A stretch of 46,957 bases of DNA from a virus (lineage: Duplodnaviria > Caudoviricetes), in the IMG/VR virus record IMGVR_UViG_3300037424_000408, positions 1-46,957 of that record, one strand, 5' to 3'. Positions 34,981 through 44,048 of the stretch are shown in pieces. Position 1 is the stretch's first letter; the number at the start of each line of letters is the position of its first letter. The notes under the pieces are model-generated. The model did not search any database. It worked only from the letters and a program-made list of their open reading frames with translations, and had not been told where the DNA came from. The position numbers were made by a program, and so were the translations under genes.

Positions 34981-36252
34981 TCAGGAGGCCCTTCGGCCCA
35001 TCATGATCTCGTTTAGGAACCCGTAATCGACGCCCTTGATTGCAGGAGCGAAGATCCCCGTTCGCTCGATAATGCGCTTTTCATGGCCCGGCATCAGAAG
35101 GTCGTTCTCTTTGCAGTACGAGTAGATCCCCGTACCCTCGATCGGGAAGAAGTAGAACGGACTCGGGAACTCCGGAGCGATTTCGTCGATCATGTTCGCC
35201 GTCGCCAGGGCCTCGTCATTCGTCTCCGTCGGCAGGCCGTACATGTAGGTCGCGAACACCTTCACACCGTATTTGCGGCAGATTTTCGCCGCCTGCTTGT
35301 TCTGCTCGACCGTCGTGCCCTTCTTGATGAAGTCCAGAACGCGCTGGCTTCCGCTCTCCATGCCGATCACGAAATACGTCGTGCCGATACTCGCCAGCCG
35401 CTCGACCATCTCCTCGTTGCGGCAGATGATGTCGGCCCGGGAACACGCCGCGATCGTCGCGCCGAAGTTCTCTTTCTCGTACAGGTCGCAGAATTTCATG
35501 ATCCACGACTTGTTCAGCGTGAACGTATCGTCCCAAAAGGTGATGCTCTTGAAATCATACTTCTTCTTCAGGTGCCTCAGTTCCGCGATCACATCGTCAA
35601 CCGGACGGATCCTGAAGGGCTTGCCGAACACGGCGTTCTCGGCCGGCTGGCAGTATTGGCACTTGAACGGACACCCGCGCCCCGCCAGCATCGTGATCGA
35701 CGGCAACTCCTGTCCCGGCGCGAAGAAGCAGTCCAGTTCGCGCTGGTAGTCGAACAGTTCGCGATCGACCCACTGGATGCGCCCAAGGTCGGGCTTCTCG
35801 CCGCGGACCGTCTTCGGCAGGGGTTCGCCGAGTTCGTGCTTGCAGACCAACTCAGGGAACGTAACTTCCCCTTCGCCCATGACTACCGTGTCGATCTCGG
35901 AGAAGTCGTACCGCTCCGGGAAGATCGTCGGATGAATGCCACCGACGACTACCTTGCTTGCGGGATGGTAATGCTTGACCGCTTTGGCAATCATCGGGGC
36001 GTATTCTCCGTCCACGGGAGACACCGACAGGCCGAACACGTCGGCGTCCGCGGCCGCGATCTTCGCGATGGCATCGGCCCCGTTGGCGAGGTTCCGAAGG
36101 TCGATCAGCGTCACGTCATGGCCGGCGGCTTTCGTGCTGGACCCGATCGACGCGACACCGTGACCGATCCACGAACCCTCACGATCCCCCTTCGGCCTGT
36201 TGGCGTTGAATCCGGCCACGCCGATGCCGATATAGATGAGGCACACTTTCAT
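34981..36252 (-). CDS. cobalamin-binding radical SAM protein (class B methyltransferase-like)
   Basis: KVVVGGIHPT...DTVVMGEGE (B12 domain); AGRGCPFKCQYC; FWDDTF; GMESGSQRVL; YMYGLPTET; ATGA-coupled to the glycosyltransferase. Confidence 0.93.
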   Translation of the reverse strand: MKVCLIYIGIGVAGFNANRPKGDREGSWIGHGVASIGSSTKAAGHDVTLIDLRNLANGADAIAKIAAADADVFGLSVSPVDGEYAPMIAKAVKHYHPASKVVVGGIHPTIFPERYDFSEIDTVVMGEGEVTFPELVCKHELGEPLPKTVRGEKPDLGRIQWVDRELFDYQRELDCFFAPGQELPSITMLAGRGCPFKCQYCQPAENAVFGKPFRIRPVDDVIAELRHLKKKYDFKSITFWDDTFTLNKSWIMKFCDLYEKENFGATIAACSRADIICRNEEMVERLASIGTTYFVIGMESGSQRVLDFIKKGTTVEQNKQAAKICRKYGVKVFATYMYGLPTETNDEALATANMIDEIAPEFPSPFYFFPIEGTGIYSYCKENDLLMPGHEKRIIERTGIFAPAIKGVDYGFLNEIMMGRRAS

Positions 36253-36959
36253 GCGGGGGCCACTACCTTCCGTGCCGGATCGTTGCTCCCGCCAGGGCAC
36301 GCCTTCAGGAACTTGTCGTAATTGCCTTCCCATCCCTTGATCCCGAAATGCGTGATCGTCACGCGAGGCTCGACCCACAACTCGCCGCCGATCGACGCCC
36401 ACCGGCGACAGAACGAGATGTCCTCGCCCATCGGAGGGATCCTGCCGAAGAAGTTGAAAACCTTCACCGGCGATGAGCCTTCCTCCATCGGCTTCCCTTC
36501 GTAGAAGTTCTCCGGCATCTTCTCGGCCAGTTTCAGGAACACTTCCCTGCGGATCTTCATGAATCCGGTCGGCACTCCCCACGCGCTGATGAGGCCCTGT
36601 GCGTTCACCTTCGGCGTCTGGTCCTCGTTCACGTTCAGGACGCACGAGTAGAAATCCCATTGATTCTTGCAGGGGTATCCAGCCCCCACAACGTCCACAT
36701 CCGCTTTGAGCAGATTTCCGAACCCTTCGAGGTCCCACGCCATGTCCGAGTCGATGAAGATCATGTGCGTGGCGTCCGATTCCATGAACTTGTTCGCGAT
36801 CGTGTTCCGCGCCCGATCCACGTAGGCGTCACCCGACAGGTCCCAATAATCGAATTCGATGCCGAGTTTGTTCAAAAGAGAGATCGTTTTCACGAGACTG
36901 GAAATGTACGGGCTGAATGCGCTTACACTGTAAAACGGGGTTGCGATGACGAGCTTCAT
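36249..36959 (-). CDS. GT-A fold (family 2-like) glycosyltransferase
   Basis: LVIATP...RARN...HMIFIDSDM (DxD); TGFM.I.R.VF; GEDISFCRRW...GGELWV....THFG. Confidence 0.82.
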   Translation of the reverse strand: MKLVIATPFYSVSAFSPYISSLVKTISLLNKLGIEFDYWDLSGDAYVDRARNTIANKFMESDATHMIFIDSDMAWDLEGFGNLLKADVDVVGAGYPCKNQWDFYSCVLNVNEDQTPKVNAQGLISAWGVPTGFMKIRREVFLKLAEKMPENFYEGKPMEEGSSPVKVFNFFGRIPPMGEDISFCRRWASIGGELWVEPRVTITHFGIKGWEGNYDKFLKACPGGSNDPARKVVAPA

Positions 36960-36978
36960 CCGTCCTCCACAAAGGTTG

Positions 36979-37008
36979 ATGGGGCGAGGGATTGCTCCCC
37001 CGCCCCAT
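36979..37008 (-). terminator. strong hairpin after the decoration gene (terminator or processing site)
   Basis: ATGGGGCG/CGCCCCAT stem, inner stem closed by a GCAA tetraloop on the - strand; U-tract weak. Confidence 0.5.
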
Positions 37009-37014
37009 GGTTGC

Positions 37015-37302
37015 CTACGCCGACAGGATCCCGATGTTCACAAGCGCCGTGCGGAGATCGTTGACCATCGTGATGATCTCGTTGGCCTGTGTGGACGTTG
37101 CGAACCCCCACTTGGTCGTGGTGGTCGAGATGGAGACGGTGGTGGTGACGCCGGCGCCGCCCGTGGTGGCCTGCTGCGCCGTCGGAGTCGTGCCGTAGAA
37201 CCCGACGGGATCCGCCGCGGCGTTGCCGAGAACGATCCCATCCGGGTTTCCGTTGCCGATCTGCTGCTCCAGGCTTCCGCTTTCGCTGTTCGGTGCGGTC
37301 AT
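37015..37302 (-). CDS. putative head decoration/head fibre protein
   Basis: First - strand gene after the coat; NPDGIVLG....VGFYGTTP..Q...LRTALVNIGIL. Confidence 0.65.
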   Translation of the reverse strand: MTAPNSESGSLEQQIGNGNPDGIVLGNAAADPVGFYGTTPTAQQATTGGAGVTTTVSISTTTTKWGFATSTQANEIITMVNDLRTALVNIGILSA

Positions 37303-37343
37303 TTATGGACCTCCTTCTTCTTTTTCTTGCTTTATCCGGTTAA

Positions 37344-38084
37344 ATGTGCCATTGTGTTCAAAACATACGATGGAGGTACACCATAGAACTTGAGGATTGG
37401 ACTTCTCCTTCGGCCATAAAGCCTGGAGAACGATACGGAAGACTGCTGGTCCTGTCCACCCACAAGATCAAAGGGACGTACCGCTACATGGTTAGGTGTC
37501 AATGCGATTGCGGAAGCGACCCGCCTTACGTAAGGCTTGATGCCCTTCGAAAAGAGGGTACGAAGGGTCGCCCACCGACCCGCAGTTGCGGATGCCTCCA
37601 TCGGGAATCCGTGACCACGCATGGAGCGTGGGGACACGCCATCTTCCCGATATGGAAGGCCATGATGGAGCGATGCTACCGCCAAGAAGATAAGCGATAC
37701 GGCAATTATGGCGGCCGCGGGATTACCGTCTGTGAGCGATGGCATGACCCGAACAACTTCATTCAGGACATGGCCGGTGGCTACCAGAAGGGGTTGCAGA
37801 TTGAGCGCAACGACAACTCCAAGGAGTACTCTCCCGAGAATTGCCGATGGGCTACCCGAAAAGAGCAGGGACGTAACAAGCGGAACAACGTCCTGCTCAC
37901 CATGGATGGAGAAACCCATTGCGTTTCCGAGTGGGCTGAAATCACTGGCATCCCTTTCGGGACCATCTGGGATAGACATCGTATACGTGGGTGGAGCGAT
38001 GAAAAAACACTCACCACTCCACCCATGACGAGCGAGGAAAGTACCCGCTTGGCACGCGATACCAGACATGGAAAACACCAATGA
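37344..38084 (+). CDS. HNH homing endonuclease, antisense to the late operon
   Basis: RYGRL, CQCDCG, SCGC, YGGRGITVCERW, IERNDN...YSPENCRWAT; start codon uncertain. Confidence 0.85.
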   Translation: MCHCVQNIRWRYTIELEDWTSPSAIKPGERYGRLLVLSTHKIKGTYRYMVRCQCDCGSDPPYVRLDALRKEGTKGRPPTRSCGCLHRESVTTHGAWGHAIFPIWKAMMERCYRQEDKRYGNYGGRGITVCERWHDPNNFIQDMAGGYQKGLQIERNDNSKEYSPENCRWATRKEQGRNKRNNVLLTMDGETHCVSEWAEITGIPFGTIWDRHRIRGWSDEKTLTTPPMTSEESTRLARDTRHGKHQ

Positions 38085-38097
38085 TTTCAACTACTTA

Positions 38098-39333
38098 TCA
38101 CCCGGTGATCCGACACGCTAACTCGGGCCTTAAAGTGGCCCAGCCTCCGAGGACATCGATTCGACAGGGAAATTGGTCGGAATTGACATCGTAGGCCCGC
38201 ACGATCCGCATCGAGATGCCGTCGTAGTTCTCCCGGGCACCGAAATCGACGCCCTTGGGCAGTTCGAGGTCGGCGGTGCCGAGCGTGAAGGCATCCTGGT
38301 GGTACGCCATGTTCTGCGGACCCACGGAGGCGGTTGCGCCGAACCAGACGACTGCATCGGAGCCAGTCGGCACGCGGTTGATGTTCCCGTCGGCGACGGT
38401 CGCGGACGCGAGCTTCGGAGTCGGGGAGACACCTACGGAGGTGGTGCCGCTCATCGTGACATCGGCGGTCACGACGAAGGGCTGGAGGATGCCGGTGGAC
38501 TGCCCGTTCTCCGGGTTGACCATGTAGACGCCGGCGACGGTGAGAACGTCGCCCTTCTTGATGGTCGCGGAGCCGCCGGTGAGGGACAGATTCGACCCGG
38601 AGGTCCAAGTCGCCTGCACGGTGATCTCCGAGGCGATCGCCCGGGTGCCGTTGGTGTGCGTGGCGACGTTCTGGTCCATGGCGAACTCGAACCCGAGCGC
38701 CTGGCCCAGGAGGCCCTTCTTGTACTGCTCGGAGACGCGACCCTGCGGGTTGTAGAGGCCCGAGAGGCCATCCACGGACGACGCCATCGCCGCCGGCCCG
38801 AGGATCACGCGCCGGTTGTCATCGCGGGGAGCGGCGCTGTGGTCGAGGACCATGCCCGAGTTGAGGTAGATGCCGGGGACGGTGTACTTCAGGAGGCCCG
38901 TGCCGCCCGAAGCCGAGCCGGGGGTCGTCGCGAACGTGCCGACGATGTTGTAGATGTCGGTGTAGAGCGCCAGGCCCGCTTCGTCGATCTTCGAGGCGAT
39001 CCGCGCCATCGCCGGCGTGAGGATCCGCTTGGAGAAATCGTCGAGCGAGAGGGTCAGTTCTGCGGACGAGAACGAGATGTCCACGCCCCATTGCGTCGAG
39101 AGCGCGAGCGAGGTGTACGCCTCGGTCGTGTTCTGGACGTTGATGGCCGCGCCGGTACGGACGAAGTACCGATTCGGCTTGCGGATGTTGATGGATGACC
39201 CTATCTTCGCGCCGGAAACGGCGAACTCTTTCGAGTACTGCCGGTTGACTCCGCGGGCGAAGGCCAGGTTGTTGTGCAGGACACGCAAGGCTTCGCGTGT
39301 TAATGCCGTGGGCGTGAGGAGAGTGTTCGCCAA
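38098..39333 (-). CDS. major capsid protein (P22 coat-like)
   Basis: ANTLLT....TREALRVL.NNL, GAKIG..INIRKP, FSSAEL.L.LDDFS.RIL.PA, CRIDVLGGW..LRPELACR; AAGGAGG RBS with TTG start. Confidence 0.95.
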   Translation of the reverse strand: MANTLLTPTALTREALRVLHNNLAFARGVNRQYSKEFAVSGAKIGSSINIRKPNRYFVRTGAAINVQNTTEAYTSLALSTQWGVDISFSSAELTLSLDDFSKRILTPAMARIASKIDEAGLALYTDIYNIVGTFATTPGSASGGTGLLKYTVPGIYLNSGMVLDHSAAPRDDNRRVILGPAAMASSVDGLSGLYNPQGRVSEQYKKGLLGQALGFEFAMDQNVATHTNGTRAIASEITVQATWTSGSNLSLTGGSATIKKGDVLTVAGVYMVNPENGQSTGILQPFVVTADVTMSGTTSVGVSPTPKLASATVADGNINRVPTGSDAVVWFGATASVGPQNMAYHQDAFTLGTADLELPKGVDFGARENYDGISMRIVRAYDVNSDQFPCRIDVLGGWATLRPELACRITG

Positions 39334-39496
39334 TTTACTGCCTCCTTCTACGAGTGTTTGCTGCTACTTCTTTCCGCTCGCCGGGTCCCTGAGTCCCGAA
39401 GTGACAGGAGGCAGGCTTCACGTGCCTGAGTCGCGCTTCCGTGCGGGCGACGAACTCCGCATACGTCGTGCTTACGGAAGCCTTGCGGTGAAACTT

Positions 39497-40432
39497 CTAT
39501 CTCCCTGTCGCGCCGTACTGCTGCGCGTTTCTTTTCTTCATGAAATCACCAATCGGAACTTTGTCAAGGTCTATTTCCGTGACCCCCGTGGGTGTGAGCG
39601 GGGTGATCGGCGCCGGAGCCTGCGATATGCGATTCGGAGGGGTCGGTGCCGGGGCCGCCATGATCTTCGCTTCGATGCGACCGAGTTCCCGCGCCGCGGC
39701 TAACGGAGAGAGTTGCGCGATACGCATACCCTCGGCGCGGTTCGCGGAGAGGTGTCGCAGGATCTTCGGGGCGACTTCCGACTCGCGGATGATCTCGGCC
39801 ATGGTCTGACTGACCGGCAGCGTCCGGTCCTCCATGATTTCGAGGATGCCTGGGTCCGTTTCCGCCGCCTTGTTGATCCGCTCCATGAACGTCGCTTGCG
39901 CCTTGGCGACGGACTCCTTGGCGCGGCCCTCCTCGGCCTGCTTCGCAAGAACGACCGTCCGTTTCTGCATCGCGTAGGCCGACTTCGCCATGAGCAGGTC
40001 GTCGTAGGACCGGCCGGCCTTCTCGAAGTTCTCGGCGGTAAGTCCGACCGCGGCGAATTCCTGCTCGTTCGGAAGGTAATCCTCGATCTTCAGCGGGGCA
40101 GGTGCGGTATCGGCGGGCTTCGGTTGACGGCCTTCGGCCAGCCCGCGCAGGTACGCCGCTTCGCGCCGTGCGTCCTCGCGCTCTCCGATGAGTTTGCGGA
40201 TCCGCGCTTCGGCACCTTCTGTCGGCTCGGCTTCTTTCGCCTTGCGAGCCTCTTCGGCTACCCGCGCTTTCTCGGCCTGGCGGGTCGCGTCATCATCGCC
40301 CTTCTTCGTTTCGTCGTCCGTCGGTGTGACCTTCGCGGCCTCGTCCGCCGCCTTCTTCGCTTCGTCCGTTACGGCTTGCGCTGCTGTTGCCGCCGCCGCT
40401 TCCTGTACAGCGATCTCTTCGGGTGTGCTCAT
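39497..40432 (-). CDS. scaffolding protein
   Basis: Directly upstream of the coat; acidic/Ala-rich coiled coil; IAQLSPLAAARELGRIEA; C-terminal IGDFMKKRN. Confidence 0.8.
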   Translation of the reverse strand: MSTPEEIAVQEAAAATAAQAVTDEAKKAADEAAKVTPTDDETKKGDDDATRQAEKARVAEEARKAKEAEPTEGAEARIRKLIGEREDARREAAYLRGLAEGRQPKPADTAPAPLKIEDYLPNEQEFAAVGLTAENFEKAGRSYDDLLMAKSAYAMQKRTVVLAKQAEEGRAKESVAKAQATFMERINKAAETDPGILEIMEDRTLPVSQTMAEIIRESEVAPKILRHLSANRAEGMRIAQLSPLAAARELGRIEAKIMAAPAPTPPNRISQAPAPITPLTPTGVTEIDLDKVPIGDFMKKRNAQQYGATGR

Positions 40433-40442
40433 CCGTCCCCTC

Positions 40443-40799
40443 CTATTTTTTCTGGCGCTTCTTCATGAATTCGTCCATCGTCCCCTTGTCGTATGCGCTC
40501 TTGCATTCGACGTTTATCTTCGTGATTTGCAGTTCGAGCGACCGGTTTTTCTTCTTCTTCCCGTCCCCGCCAACGGTATCGTTCGCCCGCTTCGAGACGA
40601 TCTTGGCCTTCGCAGTTACGTTCGCTTCCTCGCCGACCACGGCGTCGTCAAAGAGATCGCCGAGTTTTGCCAAGGACTCTTCGTTCAGGTCGATCTTCGT
40701 ACCCCACGGATATTGGTCCTGCTCCATTGGGGACGGCATCATGCCGGCCTTCATATCCTTGGTGGTTTTCTTCGGCGATTTCAGGTCCACGAGTTCCAT
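40443..40799 (-). CDS. small head protein (capsid-staple-like)
   Basis: YPWGTKIDLNEESLAKLG...SLELQIT; lies between portal and scaffold. Confidence 0.6.
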   Translation of the reverse strand: MELVDLKSPKKTTKDMKAGMMPSPMEQDQYPWGTKIDLNEESLAKLGDLFDDAVVGEEANVTAKAKIVSKRANDTVGGDGKKKKNRSLELQITKINVECKSAYDKGTMDEFMKKRQKK

Positions 40800-40840
40800 C
40801 AGTCCCCCCTATTGCGTCATCCCGGGCGGCATACCGCGCA

Positions 40841-43135
40841 TCACCGCGTCGGCCGGGTGTTGTGGTGACATGACTTCCTTGAGGAGTCCAAGTACGACGT
40901 TGCGAACTCTCCCCGGGCGTCGGCCAACTCTTTGACGGCCTTGATCTGCTCGACCTTTTGCCGCTCGACTTGCACGGTGATTTTCTTGTCTTCGAGTTCC
41001 AGTTTCTTCATCTGGACCCGCTCCTGAAGCGACGGCGGGGGCGGCTTTGGAGGCTCCTCCCCGGGGCGAAGTTCGCGAATGCCGGGCGGGATGATCTTTC
41101 GAAGTCGCGCAGCGAGACGGTCCGCGCCGGGGAAGTCCATGTTCTCCACGAGGATATCGGCGGCGATCCCCATCTTGTCGGGCATGGAATTGATGAGCGT
41201 GAATAGGTTCTGGGAAGCCTCCTGCCGCGCCGTGGAGTACGACGGACCGACCGATACGATCACGTCGTACTTGCCGACCGTGATGTCGTTGAACCGGGCG
41301 TCCGCGCCTTCTTTCTTCATGGACTCGGCAAGCCGGTTCGGGTCGAGGCCGAAGTACCGGTCCGGGTTCTTCCGGATGTTCTTAAGCGCGTTCCCCGCCG
41401 TGGTGTTGATCGGCACGAACGTCTCGGATTCGTCCACGTTGCGAAGCCGCACGTCGCGCTCGGTATCGTACACCTCGGGGATCATCTCGTTGATGACCCT
41501 GCCTGAGTGCGCGATCGACCGGGAGAGGTTGTCGAGGAACGCAAACGATCCCACGTCCCCAGGCGTCTGCCGTGCGATGATCGCAGGGCCGCTTCGCTCC
41601 GGCCCCTTGTCGCCCACGTCGGCGGCGTACTGGCCGATGACATCCTTCAAATTCTGATGCGCGATTTGCAACTGCGTGAACAATGCCAAGGGCGGATCGC
41701 CCGTGTGGTTCCGTGTGGGAGTCTGCATCTGCGCCATCGGGTCTATGTTGTACTTGAGGAACGGGAAGTTCTCTTCGTGCGCGGTCGCGTAGTCGTTCTC
41801 GAACCCCTTTATCATGGCCGGCGTCACCAGCCACGGGGCCTTGGGGGCCAGCGCGACCGTTTCGGCCACCGCCGTTGTCCAGTAGTTCACCAACCGCGCA
41901 GGATCCATCGCGTCGTGGATCATGCCACGGACGTACCGCTTGCCCTCGATGTTGCGCTCTTTGCCCAGGCACAGAATGATCGGGATGTACTTGCCGGGGA
42001 AATACTTCTCGTCGCCGTCCATGCCCTCGATCACGTCCGACCCGTTGGTCACATACCGACGGATCTTGATGATCTCGGTGTCCTTGGTCTTCGCGATTTT
42101 GGGCTTTTCGCCGATCGTCATCGCGAGGATCGCATCCGCCGGGGGCGCCGGGGGGACGGGAGGAGAAGGGACCGTCTCTCCCCCGGCAATAGCCCCTGGA
42201 GGCTCACCCCCCTGTTGTACGGCCGCGGTGGACGAGTCCGGGCCGAGGAGCGGAGGGGATCCTGCCACGGCGGCTGCTGGCGCAGCTTGGCCCTGCGCCG
42301 CAGTCTGAGCGGCCGCGATCGCCGCCTTGATCTTTCTTGCTTCCGCGTCCCACGCGGCTATCTTCTCGCGAGCTTCATCCTCGGGCAGAACGGCGCCGTC
42401 CGACATCTGCGCCATCCTCTTCTTTTCCGTCTCCCGGACGAAGTATTCCGCGACCGTCACCGTGTTCTCGTCGAACCACATTTCGTTCGACATGCCGAGG
42501 CCGGTCTTCAAGGAATCGCTTGGGTACTCCGCGCCCGGCCACCGCTCGTCGAACTCCTCCCGCGGCATCCGCTGGAGCACGAACCCGTACTTCGCATCGG
42601 CGAACGTGTCGTCCTTGCAGTCGGGGTCGAGGTAGACGAGGAACGGATTTTTCACCGCTTCGAGGTAGATTTCCTGGATGAACGGGTTCTCTTCGGTGTA
42701 CCGCGTCAGCACCCGCCACGCGCCGTAGCCGCAGGAGACGGCCATCTCGAACGCCTGGTCGTATATCTGCTCGGCCCTTGATAGGTATTCGATGTTCCGC
42801 ACGATCCCCTCGCGGATCCGCGCCAGCGGCACGGACGCCATGGAGTCCACCGGCCGGATCTTCACGCGGGGGCGGTTCAGGCGTTCCTCGCCGACGATCT
42901 GATCGACATATTTGGGGAGAAGATTGATCTGGAGGCACGGGCGTTTGCGGCGCTTGCGGAGTTTCACTTCCTTCTCGTCCCACTGATCGCCATTCAGAAA
43001 ATTCAGCGCCTCGATCGACTTTGAGCGGTTCTCCTGATCGTTGTCCACGCATCGCTTGAGACGTTTGTTGATGAGACGAAGGAGTTTTTCCTTTGCGGTT
43101 TCTACGGGGGCTTCCCTGTCTTTCGAGCGGGCCAC
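40841..43135 (-). CDS. portal protein (P22-like); 3' end possibly frameshifted
   Basis: GDQW, RPCLQIN, GEER.NRP, G.GAWRV, IPII, GKYDV.V.VGPSYST.RQE. Confidence 0.93.
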   Translation of the reverse strand: MARSKDREAPVETAKEKLLRLINKRLKRCVDNDQENRSKSIEALNFLNGDQWDEKEVKLRKRRKRPCLQINLLPKYVDQIVGEERLNRPRVKIRPVDSMASVPLARIREGIVRNIEYLSRAEQIYDQAFEMAVSCGYGAWRVLTRYTEENPFIQEIYLEAVKNPFLVYLDPDCKDDTFADAKYGFVLQRMPREEFDERWPGAEYPSDSLKTGLGMSNEMWFDENTVTVAEYFVRETEKKRMAQMSDGAVLPEDEAREKIAAWDAEARKIKAAIAAAQTAAQGQAAPAAAVAGSPPLLGPDSSTAAVQQGGEPPGAIAGGETVPSPPVPPAPPADAILAMTIGEKPKIAKTKDTEIIKIRRYVTNGSDVIEGMDGDEKYFPGKYIPIILCLGKERNIEGKRYVRGMIHDAMDPARLVNYWTTAVAETVALAPKAPWLVTPAMIKGFENDYATAHEENFPFLKYNIDPMAQMQTPTRNHTGDPPLALFTQLQIAHQNLKDVIGQYAADVGDKGPERSGPAIIARQTPGDVGSFAFLDNLSRSIAHSGRVINEMIPEVYDTERDVRLRNVDESETFVPINTTAGNALKNIRKNPDRYFGLDPNRLAESMKKEGADARFNDITVGKYDVIVSVGPSYSTARQEASQNLFTLINSMPDKMGIAADILVENMDFPGADRLAARLRKIIPPGIRELRPGEEPPKPPPPSLQERVQMKKLELEDKKITVQVERQKVEQIKAVKELADARGEFATSYLDSSRKSCHHNTRPTR

Positions 43136-43447
43136 TTACCGCTTGCCCTTCGCTTCCTTGGCGTTGCGAGTCCTTACGAACCGCTCCATGGCCGTCTCTT
43201 TCTTCTTGGTGGGGATGACGCGCTCTCCCTTATGCACCATGGCGAGGCCGGTCTTCTTGACCGTGCCTCCCTTTTTGTACGACGGGAGAGAGGGTTTTTT
43301 CTTCTTGTCGTCGGTAACGATCGGGCTGCCGGGGGTGAGTCCTTCGCCTTCCGCGTACTTCCTGCGGGATTTTGGCTCCATGCCTTCCACTTCGTCCATC
43401 AACTTCCGTTCGTTCCGGTTCGACGGCCTCAGTCCCTTCTCCGCCAT
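43136..43447 (-). CDS. small basic protein with scaffold-like C-terminal motif
   Basis: YKKGGTVKKTGLAMVHKGERVIP; ends ETAMERFVRTRNAKEAKGKR. Confidence 0.7.
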   Translation of the reverse strand: MAEKGLRPSNRNERKLMDEVEGMEPKSRRKYAEGEGLTPGSPIVTDDKKKKPSLPSYKKGGTVKKTGLAMVHKGERVIPTKKKETAMERFVRTRNAKEAKGKR

Positions 43448-43460
43448 TCGTCTCCCCCTT

Positions 43461-44048
43461 TTACGCCAAGTATCGCGCTTCGCATGGGTTCATCAACGCG
43501 ACCTTCCTGCAATGCTCTATGTATTCGTATGGAGCGAGCGTTCTCTTGCCGTAGTTGCAATGCGAGCAACATGGAACCACGTTCCCAACCTCGTACCCTG
43601 CGGCACTGTCCATTCGGTCGAGGCCGATTGTTTTTATTGGATCTCCACAATACGCACAAGGCTTCCCCCAGAACGATGCGAACTCATCAAAAGACAATTT
43701 GAACTCTATCTTTCGCCCGTTCGCGGCCCTTTTATATGCCGAATATTTTCCCACGGCTGTTTTGCGATATTTGCCGTTCCATTTTTGGTGTAATTCCTTG
43801 TTGTTATGATAATGCTGGCGGTTTCTTTCCAGTATGGCGTCCCTGTTTGCAAGATAATTCTCTTTCTGATATTTCAGCAGGGCCTCTCTGTTTTCGGATG
43901 CGTATTTTTTATTTGTGTCCCTCACCTTTTCTTTGTTCGCTAAATAATATTTTCGGTTGTACGCTTGCCACTGTTCCCTATGGGTAGCGTAATAGGCACG
44001 CTTCCATTCTGGCGTGTGGGATGGGGCAAGTTTTTTATCGTCAGGCAT
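43461..44048 (-). CDS. HNH endonuclease
   Basis: CAYCG...GLDRMDS..GY..GNVVPCCSHCN..K; YY.ANKE-type repeats; AT-richer than flanks. Confidence 0.88.
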   Translation of the reverse strand: MPDDKKLAPSHTPEWKRAYYATHREQWQAYNRKYYLANKEKVRDTNKKYASENREALLKYQKENYLANRDAILERNRQHYHNNKELHQKWNGKYRKTAVGKYSAYKRAANGRKIEFKLSFDEFASFWGKPCAYCGDPIKTIGLDRMDSAAGYEVGNVVPCCSHCNYGKRTLAPYEYIEHCRKVALMNPCEARYLA

